A stretch of 64,000 bases of DNA, taken from an uncultured Clostridia bacterium. GTDB taxonomy: Bacteria; Bacillota; Clostridia; UBA1381; UMGS1253. This document shows, piece after piece, positions 1 through 10,153 of this stretch. A program made the translations under genes and the position numbers. The notes under the pieces are model-generated. The model was not told the origin of the DNA. It ran no database searches and saw nothing but the letters and a program-made list of their open reading frames with translations. Location of the stretch: the NCBI GenBank assembly GCA_934457145.1, contig CAKSHP010000007.1, positions 5,162-69,161 on the forward strand, in the 5' to 3' direction. Every line of letters starts with the position of its first letter. The first letter of the stretch is position 1.

Positions 1-106
1 TTGCAAGTATTTTTTTAGATGCACTTCTTCCAATACCGAAAATATATGTGAGTCCGATTTCAACTCTCTTTTCTCTTGGTAAGTCAACACCAGCTATTCT
101 TGCCAT
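1..106 (-). CDS. rpsM: 30S ribosomal protein uS13, N-terminal 35 codons only (gene continues off the window start)
   Basis: Hand translation of the reverse complement from the ATG at 106-104 gives [35 protein letters not shown], the canonical S13 N-terminus. GGAGG lies upstream at 116-120. Confidence 0.85.
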   Translation of the reverse strand, partial: MARIAGVDLPREKRVEIGLTYIFGIGRSASKKILA

Positions 107-352
107 ACAATTTACACCTCCTGATTGGGATTAAAAAATTTCTTTTTGATACTGCTTTGCGTTTTAAAAAACGCTGCTGCCCATCTGTCGGGCGTAATAT
201 AGCCCTACACTAAAATGCGAAGCCACTGCATTTTAATATCCTTAGGCTTCAAAACCTGCGCAAGTTTATCCTTTCGGATACAGCCGCACTCCAGCAAGTT
301 ATACACAATTTAGTATGCGTACTTTTGAGCACATGGATTTTTCTCGGACTAA

Positions 353-490
<138 letters not shown>

Positions 491-519
491 TTACAAAAAA
501 GCGCCGACTATTAAAGTTT

Positions 520-551
520 CCAAAAAGCCTACACTTAAAATCCTTAAGTGT
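520..551 (-). terminator. Hairpin plus U-run downstream of infA (possible partial terminator or processing site between infA and rpmJ)
   Basis: The minus-strand RNA reads ACACUUAA-GGAUU-UUAAGUGU (8-bp stem) followed by AGGCUUUUU. Confidence 0.4.
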
Positions 552-645
552 GAAATAACCTTCACTCTTTGGTCTCACTGCTTTTAGCAGTTTAATTAAA
601 CAGACTTTCGTCTGTATAACTCAATTTTTACACCCATAGAAAGCC

Positions 646-864
646 TTATTTTGCTCTCCATGTAATTCTTCCCCTTGTTAAGTCGTAAGGTGATAATTCA
701 ACCGTAACCTTATCGCCGGGCAGAATACGTATAAAATTCATTCTTAATTTGCCTGAAATATGAGCCAATATTTTATGACCGTTTTCAAGCTCAACCTGAA
801 ACATTGCATTAGGTAATGCTTCAACAACAGTACCTTCGATTTCTATCATATCGTCTTTTGCCAA
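646..864 (-). CDS. infA: Translation initiation factor IF-1 (72 aa)
   Basis: The ORF contains [70 protein letters not shown] place the start at the in-frame TTG (864), which gives the canonical 72-aa MAKDD... protein rather than the 83-aa track ORF. Confidence 0.9.
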   Translation of the reverse strand: MAKDDMIEIEGTVVEALPNAMFQVELENGHKILAHISGKLRMNFIRILPGDKVTVELSPYDLTRGRITWRAK

Positions 865-967
865 GGATAAAACCCCCTTTTTTGTACTGTTCGGCAATTA
901 TAAAATCGCCCTTGCAGCGCACAGCTTTATGCACTGTCTTAAAAGCGAAAACAAATCCCGCCTAAAC

Positions 968-1246
968 TTAAATATCTTTTTGACAAAACTCTGCCAGTGC
1001 TCGTCTAAGCTCGGCATTGGATACCTTTCCGCTCGAATTTAATTTTTCTTTAATTGCTCCGCAAATTTCGTTAGTTAGCGCCAAATGCTTCATTTTCTTT
1101 TTCTTGGGTTTATCGAACTTACGTATATCTCCATCGCATAAATAAGCATACGCACCCTCAACAGAAACAACCACAAAGAAGTTTCCCTTGTCACGCCCCG
1201 CTTTTGAACACACAATGCTGCCTATACCAATATCCAAATAAATCAC
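968..1246 (-). CDS. KOW-domain protein embedded in the ribosomal operon (resembles archaeal/eukaryotic eL14)
   Basis: 92-aa ORF between map and infA. The segment GSIVCSKAGRDKGNFFVVVSVEG..YLCDGDIRKFDKPKKKKMKHL has the KOW G-R-D/K-x-G pattern followed by a basic stretch. Confidence 0.6.
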   Translation of the reverse strand: MIYLDIGIGSIVCSKAGRDKGNFFVVVSVEGAYAYLCDGDIRKFDKPKKKKMKHLALTNEICGAIKEKLNSSGKVSNAELRRALAEFCQKDI

Positions 1247-1254
1247 CTCAAAAA

Positions 1255-1998
1255 TTATCTCGTAAGAATTTCACATTCGCCGTCTGTTATCAGAACAGTA
1301 TGTTCATAATGAGCTGCAAGCGAACCGTCAAATGTGCACACAGTCCAGTCATTGTCCTCAACATACACATCATAGTCCCCTGCCGTAACCATAGGCTCAA
1401 TTGCAATCGTCATTCCCGAAAGCAGCCTCGGTCCTTTCACTCTGGTAACATAGTTAAGCACGCTCGGTTCCTCGTGAAGCTCTGCTCCAACGCCGTGTCC
1501 GGTGTAATCCCTTACAACTCCGAAACCGTTTTTCTCAACATAACTTTGCACCGCTTTCGATATTTCACAAATACGATTGCCTCTTTTGGCATATTGAATG
1601 CCTTCATAGAAGCTCTGCTTTGTAACATCAATAAGCCTTTGTGCCTCAGCACTTATTTTTCCGACCGGAAAAGTTTTTGCGCTGTCGCCGTGATAACCTT
1701 TATAGCAAGCCCCGATGTCTATGCTTATTATATCGCCGTCATGAAGCTTTGTGTTATCCGGTATACCATGTATAACCTGCTCGTTTACGGATGTGCAAAT
1801 CGAAGCCGGAAATCCTGAATACCCTAAAAACGATGGCTTTGCGTCATGGCTTTTAATGTACTCATATGCAATACGGTCAAGTTCCTTCGTTGTTATTCCG
1901 GGCCTTATAGCCTTTCTTAACGCATCAAATGTTCCCGACACGATTTTTCCGGCCTTACGCATATAGTCAACTTCTTTATGTGACTTTATCGTAATCAT
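1255..1998 (-). CDS. map: Type I methionine aminopeptidase
   Basis: 247 aa with the typical MAP fold motifs (DGDIISIDIGA, HGVG, IEPM, AHYEHTVLIT). Sits in the conserved adk-map-infA position. Confidence 0.95.
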   Translation of the reverse strand: MITIKSHKEVDYMRKAGKIVSGTFDALRKAIRPGITTKELDRIAYEYIKSHDAKPSFLGYSGFPASICTSVNEQVIHGIPDNTKLHDGDIISIDIGACYKGYHGDSAKTFPVGKISAEAQRLIDVTKQSFYEGIQYAKRGNRICEISKAVQSYVEKNGFGVVRDYTGHGVGAELHEEPSVLNYVTRVKGPRLLSGMTIAIEPMVTAGDYDVYVEDNDWTVCTFDGSLAAHYEHTVLITDGECEILTR

Positions 1999-2008
1999 TT
2001 TTTGCCTC

Positions 2009-2644
2009 CTAAAGACCTAACGTCTTAAAAAGCGCCTTTGTTATGTCGCTTACATCGCCGACACCCAAAACACACTTAAGTTTGCCGCAATCTTTGTAAT
2101 AATCCTTAATAGGTTCGGTCTGTGCATGATACACATTCATGCGATTTTTTATTGTTTCAACGCTGTCATCCGCACGAATTATAAGCTTTTCGCCGCATTT
2201 GTCACACACATCGCCCTTTTTTGAAGGATTATTTTTAATATGAAATGTTGCCTTACATTTCGGGCACTCGCGTCTGCCTGTAAGTCTTTCAATAATAACC
2301 TCATCCGGTACCTCTAACGAAAGTGCAACATCAATTGCATCAGGCATCATACGGTCAAGCTCTTCTGCCTGTTTAACCGTGCGCGGAAAACCATCTAAAA
2401 TGTATCCGTTTGCACAATCAGGCATTTGCAGTCTTTCTTTAACAATACCTATCACAACTTCATCTGTCACAAGCTCGCCTTTTTCTATAAAAGCCTGTGC
2501 GGTTTTTCCAAGCTCCGTGCCGTTAGCTATTGCTTCACGAAGCATTGCTCCGGTTGAAATGGTGGGGATTTTCGCAGCTTCTGCAATAAATGCAGCCTGT
2601 GTACCCTTACCGGCACCCGGAGGGCCTAAAAATACCAATTTCAT
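2009..2644 (-). CDS. adk: Adenylate kinase (Zn-lid form)
   Basis: GPPGAGKGTQ P-loop and a CPKC...CDKC lid. Start moved to the ATG at 2644 (MKLVFLGPPG), which has an AAAGGTGGG RBS; the track ORF begins at an upstream GTG. Confidence 0.95.
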   Translation of the reverse strand: MKLVFLGPPGAGKGTQAAFIAEAAKIPTISTGAMLREAIANGTELGKTAQAFIEKGELVTDEVVIGIVKERLQMPDCANGYILDGFPRTVKQAEELDRMMPDAIDVALSLEVPDEVIIERLTGRRECPKCKATFHIKNNPSKKGDVCDKCGEKLIIRADDSVETIKNRMNVYHAQTEPIKDYYKDCGKLKCVLGVGDVSDITKALFKTLGL

Positions 2645-2761
2645 TTTAAAACCCACCTTTTATTTAAGAAAATTTCATTAATTGTTCTGTCTGCTTTCGC
2701 ACACAACAGGCTTTGCCGGCGGCAAAGAGTTTATCGCATCTTTGCCGCAAAGCCCAAAATC

Positions 2762-4057
2762 TTACTCTAAAAATCCCTTATAATGACGCATCATCATCTG
2801 AGACTCAATCTGCTTAACCGTTTCAAGCGCAACACCTTCAACAATCAAAAGCGATGTGCCGCCGAGAGCGATTCCCGGTACGAGATGTGAAAATGCCATC
2901 GGCAAAACAGCAATTACAGCAAGGAAAAACGCACCTACTATAACAATTCTGTTCAAAACCTTAGCAATATAATCGCTTGTCGGTTTACCCGGTCTGATAC
3001 CGGGAATAAATCCGCCGTTTTTCTTTATATTATTTGACATTTCAATCGGATTGAACTGCATCGAAGTATAGAAAAACGTAAAGAATATAATAAGCAAGAA
3101 ATCAAGCACAGCATATACCCAACCGCCGTAGGAAATAGATCTTAAAATTCCTCTCCAGAATCCGGGCTCATTAATATTCACACCGCAAAACTGTGCGATA
3201 GTTGTCGGGAATGCTAAAATGCTTGTTGCAAAGATGATCGGAATAACGCCTGCCATAGCAACTTTTATCGGAATGTTTGTGCTCTGACCGCCATACATCT
3301 TTCTTCCAACAACTCTTTTTGCATACTGAACGGGAATGCGTCTTTCTGCGTTGTTCATAAACACAACGAATCCCAAAACAAGTATGATAACCGCAATTAC
3401 AGCAATCAATGCAATAGCTGTCCAAACACTGAAGTTATCGCCTAAGAATGTGTTGTAAAGAGTCATAATCATTTGCGGGCCTCTTGCAACGATACCTGCA
3501 AAGATGATAAGTGAAATACCGTTTCCGATACCTTTGTCTGTGATTGTTTCACCAATCCACATAACAAACGCAGTACCTGCCGTAAACGTGATTACAATCT
3601 GAACACAAGTCCAGAATCCCGGATTTTCAATAACTCCAACACCGAGGTTTTTCAATGTGAAATACAAACCAACAGCCTGAATTATTGCCAAAATCACTGT
3701 CACATAACGAACTATACTGTTTATCTTTTTTCTGCCTTCTTCGCCCTCTTTGGATAATCTTTCAAGAGCGGGGATGGCAACCGTCAAAAGCTGAATAATA
3801 ATTGACGAGTTAATGTACGGTGTGATACCCATTGCAAATATGGTTGCATTTGAGAACGCGCCGCCTGTAAATGTGTCCAAAAGCGAGAACACACCCATTG
3901 TGCCTTCCGCACCCATAAGTCCCTGCATTGCGTCAGCGCTGAGACCGGGTACCGGGATTGCACTTCCGAATCTGTAAACAATAAGCATAAATATTGTAAA
4001 CAGCATCTTTTTTCTTAAATCAGTAATTGCCCAGGCATTTCTTAATGTCTTTAACAA
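2762..4057 (-). CDS. secY: Preprotein translocase subunit SecY
   Basis: 431-aa polytopic membrane protein at the conserved position after rplO. TTG start directly after the rplO stop. Confidence 0.95.
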   Translation of the reverse strand: MLKTLRNAWAITDLRKKMLFTIFMLIVYRFGSAIPVPGLSADAMQGLMGAEGTMGVFSLLDTFTGGAFSNATIFAMGITPYINSSIIIQLLTVAIPALERLSKEGEEGRKKINSIVRYVTVILAIIQAVGLYFTLKNLGVGVIENPGFWTCVQIVITFTAGTAFVMWIGETITDKGIGNGISLIIFAGIVARGPQMIMTLYNTFLGDNFSVWTAIALIAVIAVIILVLGFVVFMNNAERRIPVQYAKRVVGRKMYGGQSTNIPIKVAMAGVIPIIFATSILAFPTTIAQFCGVNINEPGFWRGILRSISYGGWVYAVLDFLLIIFFTFFYTSMQFNPIEMSNNIKKNGGFIPGIRPGKPTSDYIAKVLNRIVIVGAFFLAVIAVLPMAFSHLVPGIALGGTSLLIVEGVALETVKQIESQMMMRHYKGFLE

Positions 4058-4507
4058 TTAAATCACCTCAGCCTTTCCTCCGGCCGCTTTAATCTTAGCT
4101 GCCGCAGATTCGGTAAACTTAGCCACCTTAACAGTTAACGGCTTTGTTACTTCACCTCTGCCGAGAATTTTAACACCATCTTTCACTTTTTTAATTATGC
4201 CTGCTTCCTTCAAAACGTCAGCTGTGATTTCAGTGTTCGCTTCAAATTTTTCAAGTACCTCAACGTTTACAGTAACATATTCTTTTGCAAATATATTGGT
4301 AAATCCTCTTTTCGGCAAACGTCTGTAAATAGGCATCTGACCGCCTTCAAATCCGGGTCTTACACCGCCGCCGCTACGAGCATTTTGTCCCTTGTGACCT
4401 TTACCTGCTGTTTTGCCGTTTCCGCTTCCCGGGCCACGGCCTTTTCTTTTAGCCACAAACTTTGAACCTTCTGCAGGTTGTAGTTCATCAAGTCTCATTT
4501 GCTGCAC
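4058..4507 (-). CDS. rplO: 50S ribosomal protein uL15
   Basis: 149 aa with a Gly/Lys-rich N-terminal region ([19 protein letters not shown]) typical of L15; operon position. Confidence 0.95.
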   Translation of the reverse strand: MQQMRLDELQPAEGSKFVAKRKGRGPGSGNGKTAGKGHKGQNARSGGGVRPGFEGGQMPIYRRLPKRGFTNIFAKEYVTVNVEVLEKFEANTEITADVLKEAGIIKKVKDGVKILGRGEVTKPLTVKVAKFTESAAAKIKAAGGKAEVI

Positions 4508-4526
4508 CTCCTTTATTATTCGAGTT

Positions 4527-4706
4527 TTAAATCTCCTCTACCTTAACAAGGTGAGAAATTTTGTTAACCATACCTCTTATCTGAGGATTATCGTTTTGTT
4601 CAACCGTTGCACGAATTTTTTTAAGTCCCAATGCATGAGCGGTTGCAATCTGATCATCTTTACGACCAATCAAACTCTTTTCAAGAGTAATTTTTAATTT
4701 AGCCAT
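4527..4706 (-). CDS. rpmD: 50S ribosomal protein uL30 (59 aa)
   Basis: Not in the ORF track. Hand translation gives [59 protein letters not shown] followed by a stop. Lies between rpsE and rplO. Confidence 0.9.
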   Translation of the reverse strand: MAKLKITLEKSLIGRKDDQIATAHALGLKKIRATVEQNDNPQIRGMVNKISHLVKVEEI

Positions 4707-4720
4707 TTCTCATTTCCTCC

Positions 4721-5224
4721 TTAACCCAACAACTCTTCAGGAGTCTTGCCTCTCATCTTTGCAACTTCCTCAACGGATTTAAGCGAAGCAAGACCTGCAA
4801 TTGTGGCTCTTACCACGTTTCTGGGGTTATTGGAACGAAGAGATTTTGTTCTGATATCTCTGATTCCAACAAGTTCAAGCACTGCTCTTGCCGGGCCTCC
4901 GGCAATAACACCGGTACCTTCTGCAGCCGGTTTAATAAGCACTGTGCCTGCACCGTACTTACCGATTACATCGTGCGGGATTGTGCCGCCAACCAACGGA
5001 ACAGTAATCATGTTCTTCTTTGCGTCCTCAATACCCTTTCTGATTGCATCCGGAATTTCAGCAGCCTTACCTGTACCGTAACCAACATGACCGTTTTCAT
5101 CGCCAACAACAACGAGCGCACTGAAACGGAATGTTCTACCGCCTTTTACAACCTTTGCAACACGACCTATATTAACAACTTTTTCTTTTATATCAAGTGT
5201 TGATGCGTCAATTCTTTCCTGCAT
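4721..5224 (-). CDS. rpsE: 30S ribosomal protein uS5
   Basis: 167 aa; [18 protein letters not shown] and GTGVIAGG motifs; operon position. Confidence 0.95.
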   Translation of the reverse strand: MQERIDASTLDIKEKVVNIGRVAKVVKGGRTFRFSALVVVGDENGHVGYGTGKAAEIPDAIRKGIEDAKKNMITVPLVGGTIPHDVIGKYGAGTVLIKPAAEGTGVIAGGPARAVLELVGIRDIRTKSLRSNNPRNVVRATIAGLASLKSVEEVAKMRGKTPEELLG

Positions 5225-5241
5225 GGTATCCCCTCCTTCTA

Positions 5242-5595
5242 TTAAAAATCTAAGCCGCCTTCTCTTGCGCCTTCTGCCAATGCAGCAACTCTTCCGTGAT
5301 AAAGATAACCGCTTCTGTCAAACACAACAGATTCAACGCCTTTATCTTTTGCACGCTGTGCTACCAATTTACCAACTTCTTTAGCAGCGTCAATATTTCC
5401 GCCGTAAGTTTCTATTTCAAGGCTGGAAGCGGATACAATTGTTTCACCCTTTACGTCATCGATTAACTGAGCATAAATGTTTTTCAAGCTGCGAAATACG
5501 CTCAATCTCGGTGTCTGAGCTGTACCGGAAATCTTCTTTCTGATGCGAAGATGACGCTTCTGTCTTGCTTTATTGCTCGACTTTTTACTTACCAT
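5242..5595 (-). CDS. rplR: 50S ribosomal protein uL18
   Basis: 117 aa; [18 protein letters not shown] and [24 protein letters not shown] are classic L18 sequences. Confidence 0.95.
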   Translation of the reverse strand: MVSKKSSNKARQKRHLRIRKKISGTAQTPRLSVFRSLKNIYAQLIDDVKGETIVSASSLEIETYGGNIDAAKEVGKLVAQRAKDKGVESVVFDRSGYLYHGRVAALAEGAREGGLDF

Positions 5596-5613
5596 AATTT
5601 ATCCACTCCTTTC

Positions 5614-6159
5614 TTATTTTTTACCGCCGGCTTTACCTTCTTTGCGTCTGATTGTCTCAGTCGCATACTTAATACCTTTGCCCTTATAAGGTTCAGGCGG
5701 TCTCTTTTCTCTTACAACAGCAGCAAACTGTCCAACGTTTTGTTTGTCAGCGCCGCTGATTATAATCTGGTTCGGAGCCGGAACAGCTATTTCAATACCT
5801 GCCGGAGCTTCCATTTCAACCGGATGAGAATAACCTAATGTTAATACAAGTTTTTTACCCTGCATTGCTGCTCTGTAACCAACACCGTTAATCTCAAGAG
5901 TCTTTGAAAATCCTTCTGTAACACCAAGTACCATGTTGTTAATTAAGGTTCTTGTAAGTCCGTGCAAAGATCTGTGATCTTTATCGTCAGAAGGTCTTTT
6001 TACTATAATATTTGCTGCGTCTTTTTCGATAATCATATCTTTGTGCAGCTTTTGTGATAAAGTGCCTTTCGGGCCTTTAACTGTCACTACATTTTCAGCC
6101 GCTAATGTTACTTCAACACCCGCAGGTATTGCAATAGGGCTTTTGCCTATTCTCGACAT
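5614..6159 (-). CDS. rplF: 50S ribosomal protein uL6
   Basis: 181 aa starting [17 protein letters not shown]; operon position. Confidence 0.95.
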   Translation of the reverse strand: MSRIGKSPIAIPAGVEVTLAAENVVTVKGPKGTLSQKLHKDMIIEKDAANIIVKRPSDDKDHRSLHGLTRTLINNMVLGVTEGFSKTLEINGVGYRAAMQGKKLVLTLGYSHPVEMEAPAGIEIAVPAPNQIIISGADKQNVGQFAAVVREKRPPEPYKGKGIKYATETIRRKEGKAGGKK

Positions 6160-6193
6160 CTTGTGTTACACCTCCTAATTCTTCGGCGCCGCA

Positions 6194-6592
6194 TTACCAA
6201 ATAAATGCTAATACTTCGCCGCCAATTTTCTCTGCACGAGCCTGTTTATCAGTCATTATACCTTTTGATGTTGAAATAATCGCGATACCCAAGCCTTTTA
6301 AAACTCTGGGAAGCTCTTCAACACCTGAATAAATTCTAAGTCCCGGACGCGAAACTCTCTTTATGCCGGAAATAACCTTAGCTTTGTTTTCACCATATTT
6401 TAAGGTAATTCTGATGATGCCCTGCTTTGAATCATCTATAACCTGAAAACCCTTTATATATCCTTCGTCCAATAAAATCTTTGTTATAGCTTTCTTCATA
6501 TTGGAAGCCGGAATGTCTACCGTTTCATGTTTTGCAGAATTCGCATTTCTAATACGTGTGAGCAAATCTGCGATAGGATCTGTAATTTGCAT
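6194..6592 (-). CDS. rpsH: 30S ribosomal protein uS8
   Basis: [17 protein letters not shown] is the canonical S8 N-terminus. Start placed at the ATG at 6592 behind a GGAGG; the track ORF begins at an upstream TTG. Confidence 0.95.
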   Translation of the reverse strand: MQITDPIADLLTRIRNANSAKHETVDIPASNMKKAITKILLDEGYIKGFQVIDDSKQGIIRITLKYGENKAKVISGIKRVSRPGLRIYSGVEELPRVLKGLGIAIISTSKGIMTDKQARAEKIGGEVLAFIW

Positions 6593-6661
6593 TATTTTAC
6601 CTCCTTCCAAAATTCGATACCTAGCGGTTTTGACCTAACTGTCAACCTGCCGGATATTTTT

Positions 6662-6847
6662 TTACCAACTAGCCTTCTTAACACCGGGAATTTGACCCTT
6701 ATAAGCTAATTCTCTAAAGCAGATACGGCATATACCGTATTTTCTCAAATAAGCATGAGGTCTACCGCAGATTTTGCAGCGATTGTATGCCTGTGTGCTG
6801 TATTTGGGAGCTTTACGCTGTTTTAAAACCATTGCTTTCTTAGCCAT
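6662..6847 (-). CDS. rpsN: 30S ribosomal protein uS14, short type-Z Zn-binding form (61 aa)
   Basis: 61 aa with [23 protein letters not shown] (CxxC...CxxC). Confidence 0.95.
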   Translation of the reverse strand: MAKKAMVLKQRKAPKYSTQAYNRCKICGRPHAYLRKYGICRICFRELAYKGQIPGVKKASW

Positions 6848-6858
6848 AGTGTACCTCC

Positions 6859-7404
6859 TTAATTAGCAGAGGTGAACGGAGCACCAAACATGGTTAATAA
6901 CTCACGAGCCTCTTCGTCCGTCTTAGCGGTAGTTACAATGATAATGTCCATACCTCTGAGTTTATCAATCTTATCATACTCGATTTCCGGGAAGATAAGC
7001 TGCTCTTTAACACCCGTTGCATAGTTGCCGCGGCCGTCAAAAGAGTTTGCGCTGATACCTCTGAAGTCACGTACGCGCGGAAGCGCTACGTTGAAAAATC
7101 TGTCTAAAAATTCATACATTTTGTCTCTTCTGAGCGTCACCTTGCAGCCAATGTTCATGCCTTCTCTTAATTTGAAGTTTGCAACAGACTTTCTTGCCTT
7201 TGTGATAATCGGCTTCTGACCTGTTATAAGCGCCAAATCGTTTACAGCACTCTCAACTGCCTTAGGATTGTCTTTAGCTTCGCCAAGACCGATGTTTACA
7301 ACAATCTTGTCAAGCTTCGGAATCTGCATAACGCTTTTATATCCGAACTTCTGCATCATAGCAGGAGCTATTTCTTTTTTATAAAGTTCATATAATCTTG
7401 CCAT
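6859..7404 (-). CDS. rplE: 50S ribosomal protein uL5
   Basis: 181 aa; typical L5 sequence ([27 protein letters not shown]). Confidence 0.95.
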   Translation of the reverse strand: MARLYELYKKEIAPAMMQKFGYKSVMQIPKLDKIVVNIGLGEAKDNPKAVESAVNDLALITGQKPIITKARKSVANFKLREGMNIGCKVTLRRDKMYEFLDRFFNVALPRVRDFRGISANSFDGRGNYATGVKEQLIFPEIEYDKIDKLRGMDIIIVTTAKTDEEARELLTMFGAPFTSAN

Positions 7405-7428
7405 TGTCTAACCTCCTTTTACAATAGA

Positions 7429-7755
7429 TTAGTTCTCTAACGTCTCGTTGCATTTTTTGCAATATTTAACCTTTGAGCCATCGTCTAAGAACTTGTAACC
7501 TGTTCTTGCGGCTTTTCCGCACTTAGGGCAAACAAACATAACCTTTGATGCATAAATCGGCGTTTCCTTTTTAAGTATTCCACCCTGTTCGCCTTGTCTT
7601 CTCGGTTTTGTATGACGGGATGCAACGGATACGCCTTCAACAACAACCTTGCGCTGAGCGGGATTTGCGCTGAGCACTTTGCCTTTTTTACCTTTATCTT
7701 TACCGGACAATACCATTACTGTATCGCCTGTTTTAACGTGAAGTTTATTATTCAT
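7429..7755 (-). CDS. rplX: 50S ribosomal protein uL24 (with a C-terminal four-Cys motif)
   Basis: 108 aa; KOW motif VMVLSGKDKGKKGKV. The C-terminal region reads CPKC-x19-CKKC. Confidence 0.95.
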   Translation of the reverse strand: MNNKLHVKTGDTVMVLSGKDKGKKGKVLSANPAQRKVVVEGVSVASRHTKPRRQGEQGGILKKETPIYASKVMFVCPKCGKAARTGYKFLDDGSKVKYCKKCNETLEN

Positions 7756-7770
7756 TTTCTCGCCACCTCC

Positions 7771-8139
7771 TTATAATACTTCAGGTGCCAATGATAAAAT
7801 CTTCATGTACTCTTTATCACGAAGCTCTCTTGCAACAGGCCCGAATATACGAGTACCTCTGGGGTTCTTATCATCTCTGATTATAACAGCTGCGTTCTCG
7901 TCAAATCTAATGTGTGTACCGTCGTTACGTCTCACACCTTTAGAACTTCTTACAACAACAGCCTTTACTACGTCACCTTTTTTTACAACACCGCCGGGTG
8001 TTGCCTTTTTAACGCTGGCAACTACTACATCGCCTATATTTGCAAACTTCTTGCCGCTGCCGCCCAAAACTCTGATGCACATAATTTCTTTTGCACCTGT
8101 ATTATCGGCAACCTTCAATCTTGTTTGTGGTTGTATCAC
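7771..8139 (-). CDS. rplN: 50S ribosomal protein uL14
   Basis: 122 aa starting [27 protein letters not shown]. Confidence 0.97.
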   Translation of the reverse strand: MIQPQTRLKVADNTGAKEIMCIRVLGGSGKKFANIGDVVVASVKKATPGGVVKKGDVVKAVVVRSSKGVRRNDGTHIRFDENAAVIIRDDKNPRGTRIFGPVARELRDKEYMKILSLAPEVL

Positions 8140-8172
8140 GAAAACTTCCTCCTTCCTGTGAAAAAAATCTCA

Positions 8173-8433
8173 TTACTGAGCCTTCTCAACAATCGTTACC
8201 AATCTCCAATGTTTTTCTTTGGAGAGCGGTCTTGTTTCCATTACCTGTACTTTATCGCCTATTGCACATTCGTTATGTTCATCATGAGCCTTAAGCTTAT
8301 AAGTTTTCTTTACAATCTTACCGTAAAGAGGGTGTTTAACATTATATTTAATAGCAACAACAATTGTCTTGTCCATCTTATTGCTGACAACCGTGCCTAT
8401 TCTGACTTTTCTCTGATTTCTTACCTCTGCCAC
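8173..8433 (-). CDS. rpsQ: 30S ribosomal protein uS17
   Basis: 86 aa; [25 protein letters not shown] pattern. Confidence 0.95.
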   Translation of the reverse strand: MAEVRNQRKVRIGTVVSNKMDKTIVVAIKYNVKHPLYGKIVKKTYKLKAHDEHNECAIGDKVQVMETRPLSKEKHWRLVTIVEKAQ

Positions 8434-8475
8434 AGTTATTTCCTCCTTTCACACTATAAAACAATGCTAAAAAAA

Positions 8476-8667
8476 CTAATTGAGTTCTCTTTCGCGGATA
8501 ATAGTCATAACCCTTGCGATGCTCTTTTTAACATCTGCAATTCTAACGGGATTTTCTAACTGGTTTGTAGCATTCTGAAATCTTAAGTTGAAAAGCTCTG
8601 CTTTAAGCTCACCCAATTTAAGATTCAATTCTTCGTTTGTTAAATCTCTAATCTCATTTGCTTTCAT
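8476..8667 (-). CDS. rpmC: 50S ribosomal protein uL29
   Basis: 63 aa; [31 protein letters not shown]. Confidence 0.95.
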   Translation of the reverse strand: MKANEIRDLTNEELNLKLGELKAELFNLRFQNATNQLENPVRIADVKKSIARVMTIIRERELN

Positions 8668-9091
8668 TTGCAGACGCCTCCTCTTCCTCGCGCTTTACAA
8701 ACTTACACTTGATAGGAAGTTTGTGCATAGCAAGACGCATAGCCTCGCGCGCAATTTCTTCTGTTACGCCGTCGATTTCAAATAAAACTCTGCCCGGCTT
8801 AACAACAGCTACCCAATACTCGGGAGAACCTTTACCGCTACCCATACGTGTCTCGGCAGGTTTCTCTGTTACAGGCTTATCAGGGAAAATCTTTATCCAA
8901 ACCTGACCGCCTCTTTTTGTGTATCTTGTCATGGCAATACGGGCTGCTTCTATCTGGTTTGCTGTAATCCAAGCGGGTTCAAGTGCCTGCAAGCCATACT
9001 GACCGTTGCTTACAAAGTTACCGCGTGTAGCTTTACCTTTCATTCTGCCGCGCATTACTCTTCTGTATTTAACTCTTTTAGGTAATAACAT
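8654..9091 (-). CDS. rplP: 50S ribosomal protein uL16
   Basis: 145 aa starting [19 protein letters not shown]. Its 14-nt overlap with the rpmC start is ordinary translational coupling. Confidence 0.95.
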   Translation of the reverse strand: MLLPKRVKYRRVMRGRMKGKATRGNFVSNGQYGLQALEPAWITANQIEAARIAMTRYTKRGGQVWIKIFPDKPVTEKPAETRMGSGKGSPEYWVAVVKPGRVLFEIDGVTEEIAREAMRLAMHKLPIKCKFVKREEEEASANESK

Positions 9092-9093
9092 TA

Positions 9094-9762
9094 TTATTTG
9101 CCTCCTTCCGCTCTTTTCGCTCTCTTATTTTCCGGAAGAATTTCACCTTTATATATCCAAACCTTAACACCGATTTTACCGTATGTTGTGTTTGCTTCAG
9201 CAAAACCATAATCAATATCGGCTCTCAAGGTCTGCAGCGGAATTGTGCCCTCGTGATAATGTTCGGTTCTTGCAATTTCTGCACCGCCCAAACGTCCGGA
9301 AACAGCAGTCTTAATACCCTTTGCTCCCATTTTCATGGATCTGCCCATGCACTGTTTCATTGCACGTCTGAAAGAAATACGTCTTTCGAGCTGCGATGCA
9401 ATATTTTCAGCAACCAATACAGCGTCCATATCAGGAACCTTAATCTCAACAATATTAACATTAATATCTTTCTTGCCTGTCAATTTGATAAGCTTTGCTT
9501 TAAGCTTTTCAATCTCAGCGCCGCCTCTTCCGATAATAATACCGGGCTTAGCCGCATAAATATTAACAATAATCTTGTTATTTTTTCTTTCGATTTCGAA
9601 CTTCGAAACACCGGCTTCGTAAAGCTCTTTTTTCAAAAACTTTCTTATTTTATAGTCTTCAACCAATGTGTCGCCGAAAACATTGTCTTTGGCAAACCAT
9701 TTTGAATCCCAATCTTTAATAATACCAACTCTGAGTCCATGTGGATTAACTTTCTGTCCCAT
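9094..9762 (-). CDS. rpsC: 30S ribosomal protein uS3
   Basis: 222 aa starting [24 protein letters not shown]. Confidence 0.97.
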   Translation of the reverse strand: MGQKVNPHGLRVGIIKDWDSKWFAKDNVFGDTLVEDYKIRKFLKKELYEAGVSKFEIERKNNKIIVNIYAAKPGIIIGRGGAEIEKLKAKLIKLTGKKDINVNIVEIKVPDMDAVLVAENIASQLERRISFRRAMKQCMGRSMKMGAKGIKTAVSGRLGGAEIARTEHYHEGTIPLQTLRADIDYGFAEANTTYGKIGVKVWIYKGEILPENKRAKRAEGGK

Positions 9763-9777
9763 GAGTAACCTCCTCTC

Positions 9778-10113
9778 TTATTCCTTCTCTTTTACTACAA
9801 CTGTAATATGACTTGTTCTCTTCATGATTCTAAACGCTCTGCCCTGTGCTCTGGGTCTGATTCTCTTAAGTGTAGGACCCTGATTTGCATAGGTCTCAGA
9901 AACGTATAGCTTGCTTTCATCCATGTTGAAATTGTTTTGTGCATTTGCAATTGCAGATGCAAGTAATTTTTCTACCAATATCGAAGCCGACTTGGGAGTA
10001 TGCTTAAGTATAGCCATAGCTTCGCCGACCGGCTTATTTCTTATTAAATCAAGTACGATTGCAACCTTGCGGTTTGAAATACGAGCGTACTTCAATATTG
10101 CTTTTGCTTCCAC
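9778..10113 (-). CDS. rplV: 50S ribosomal protein uL22
   Basis: 111 aa; [20 protein letters not shown] and [21 protein letters not shown]. Confidence 0.95.
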   Translation of the reverse strand: MEAKAILKYARISNRKVAIVLDLIRNKPVGEAMAILKHTPKSASILVEKLLASAIANAQNNFNMDESKLYVSETYANQGPTLKRIRPRAQGRAFRIMKRTSHITVVVKEKE

Positions 10114-10153
10114 TATTTGTTTCCTCCTTTCATCTGATGACGAAAAAACTCAA

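Noticed and set aside
3171-3981. Same-strand alternative-frame ORFs inside secY (3171-3425, 3784-3981)
   Set aside because: They are nested in the SecY coding sequence and have Cys/Arg-rich nonsense composition.
7912-8559. 215-aa plus-strand ORF, and many other plus-strand ORFs (e.g. 1204-1818, 9253-9705, 11784-12167, 12712-13083), antisense to the ribosomal protein genes
   Set aside because: They are antisense shadows of highly expressed, unmistakable r-protein genes. Their translations are low-complexity and Cys/Phe/Leu-rich, with no RBS and no motifs.
8654-8667. 14-nt overlap of rplP and rpmC (and a similar overlap of tilS/hpt at 33877-33890) as possible frameshift or fusion sites
   Set aside because: Both partners have complete, canonical termini. 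Short overlaps are normal translational coupling in these operons.
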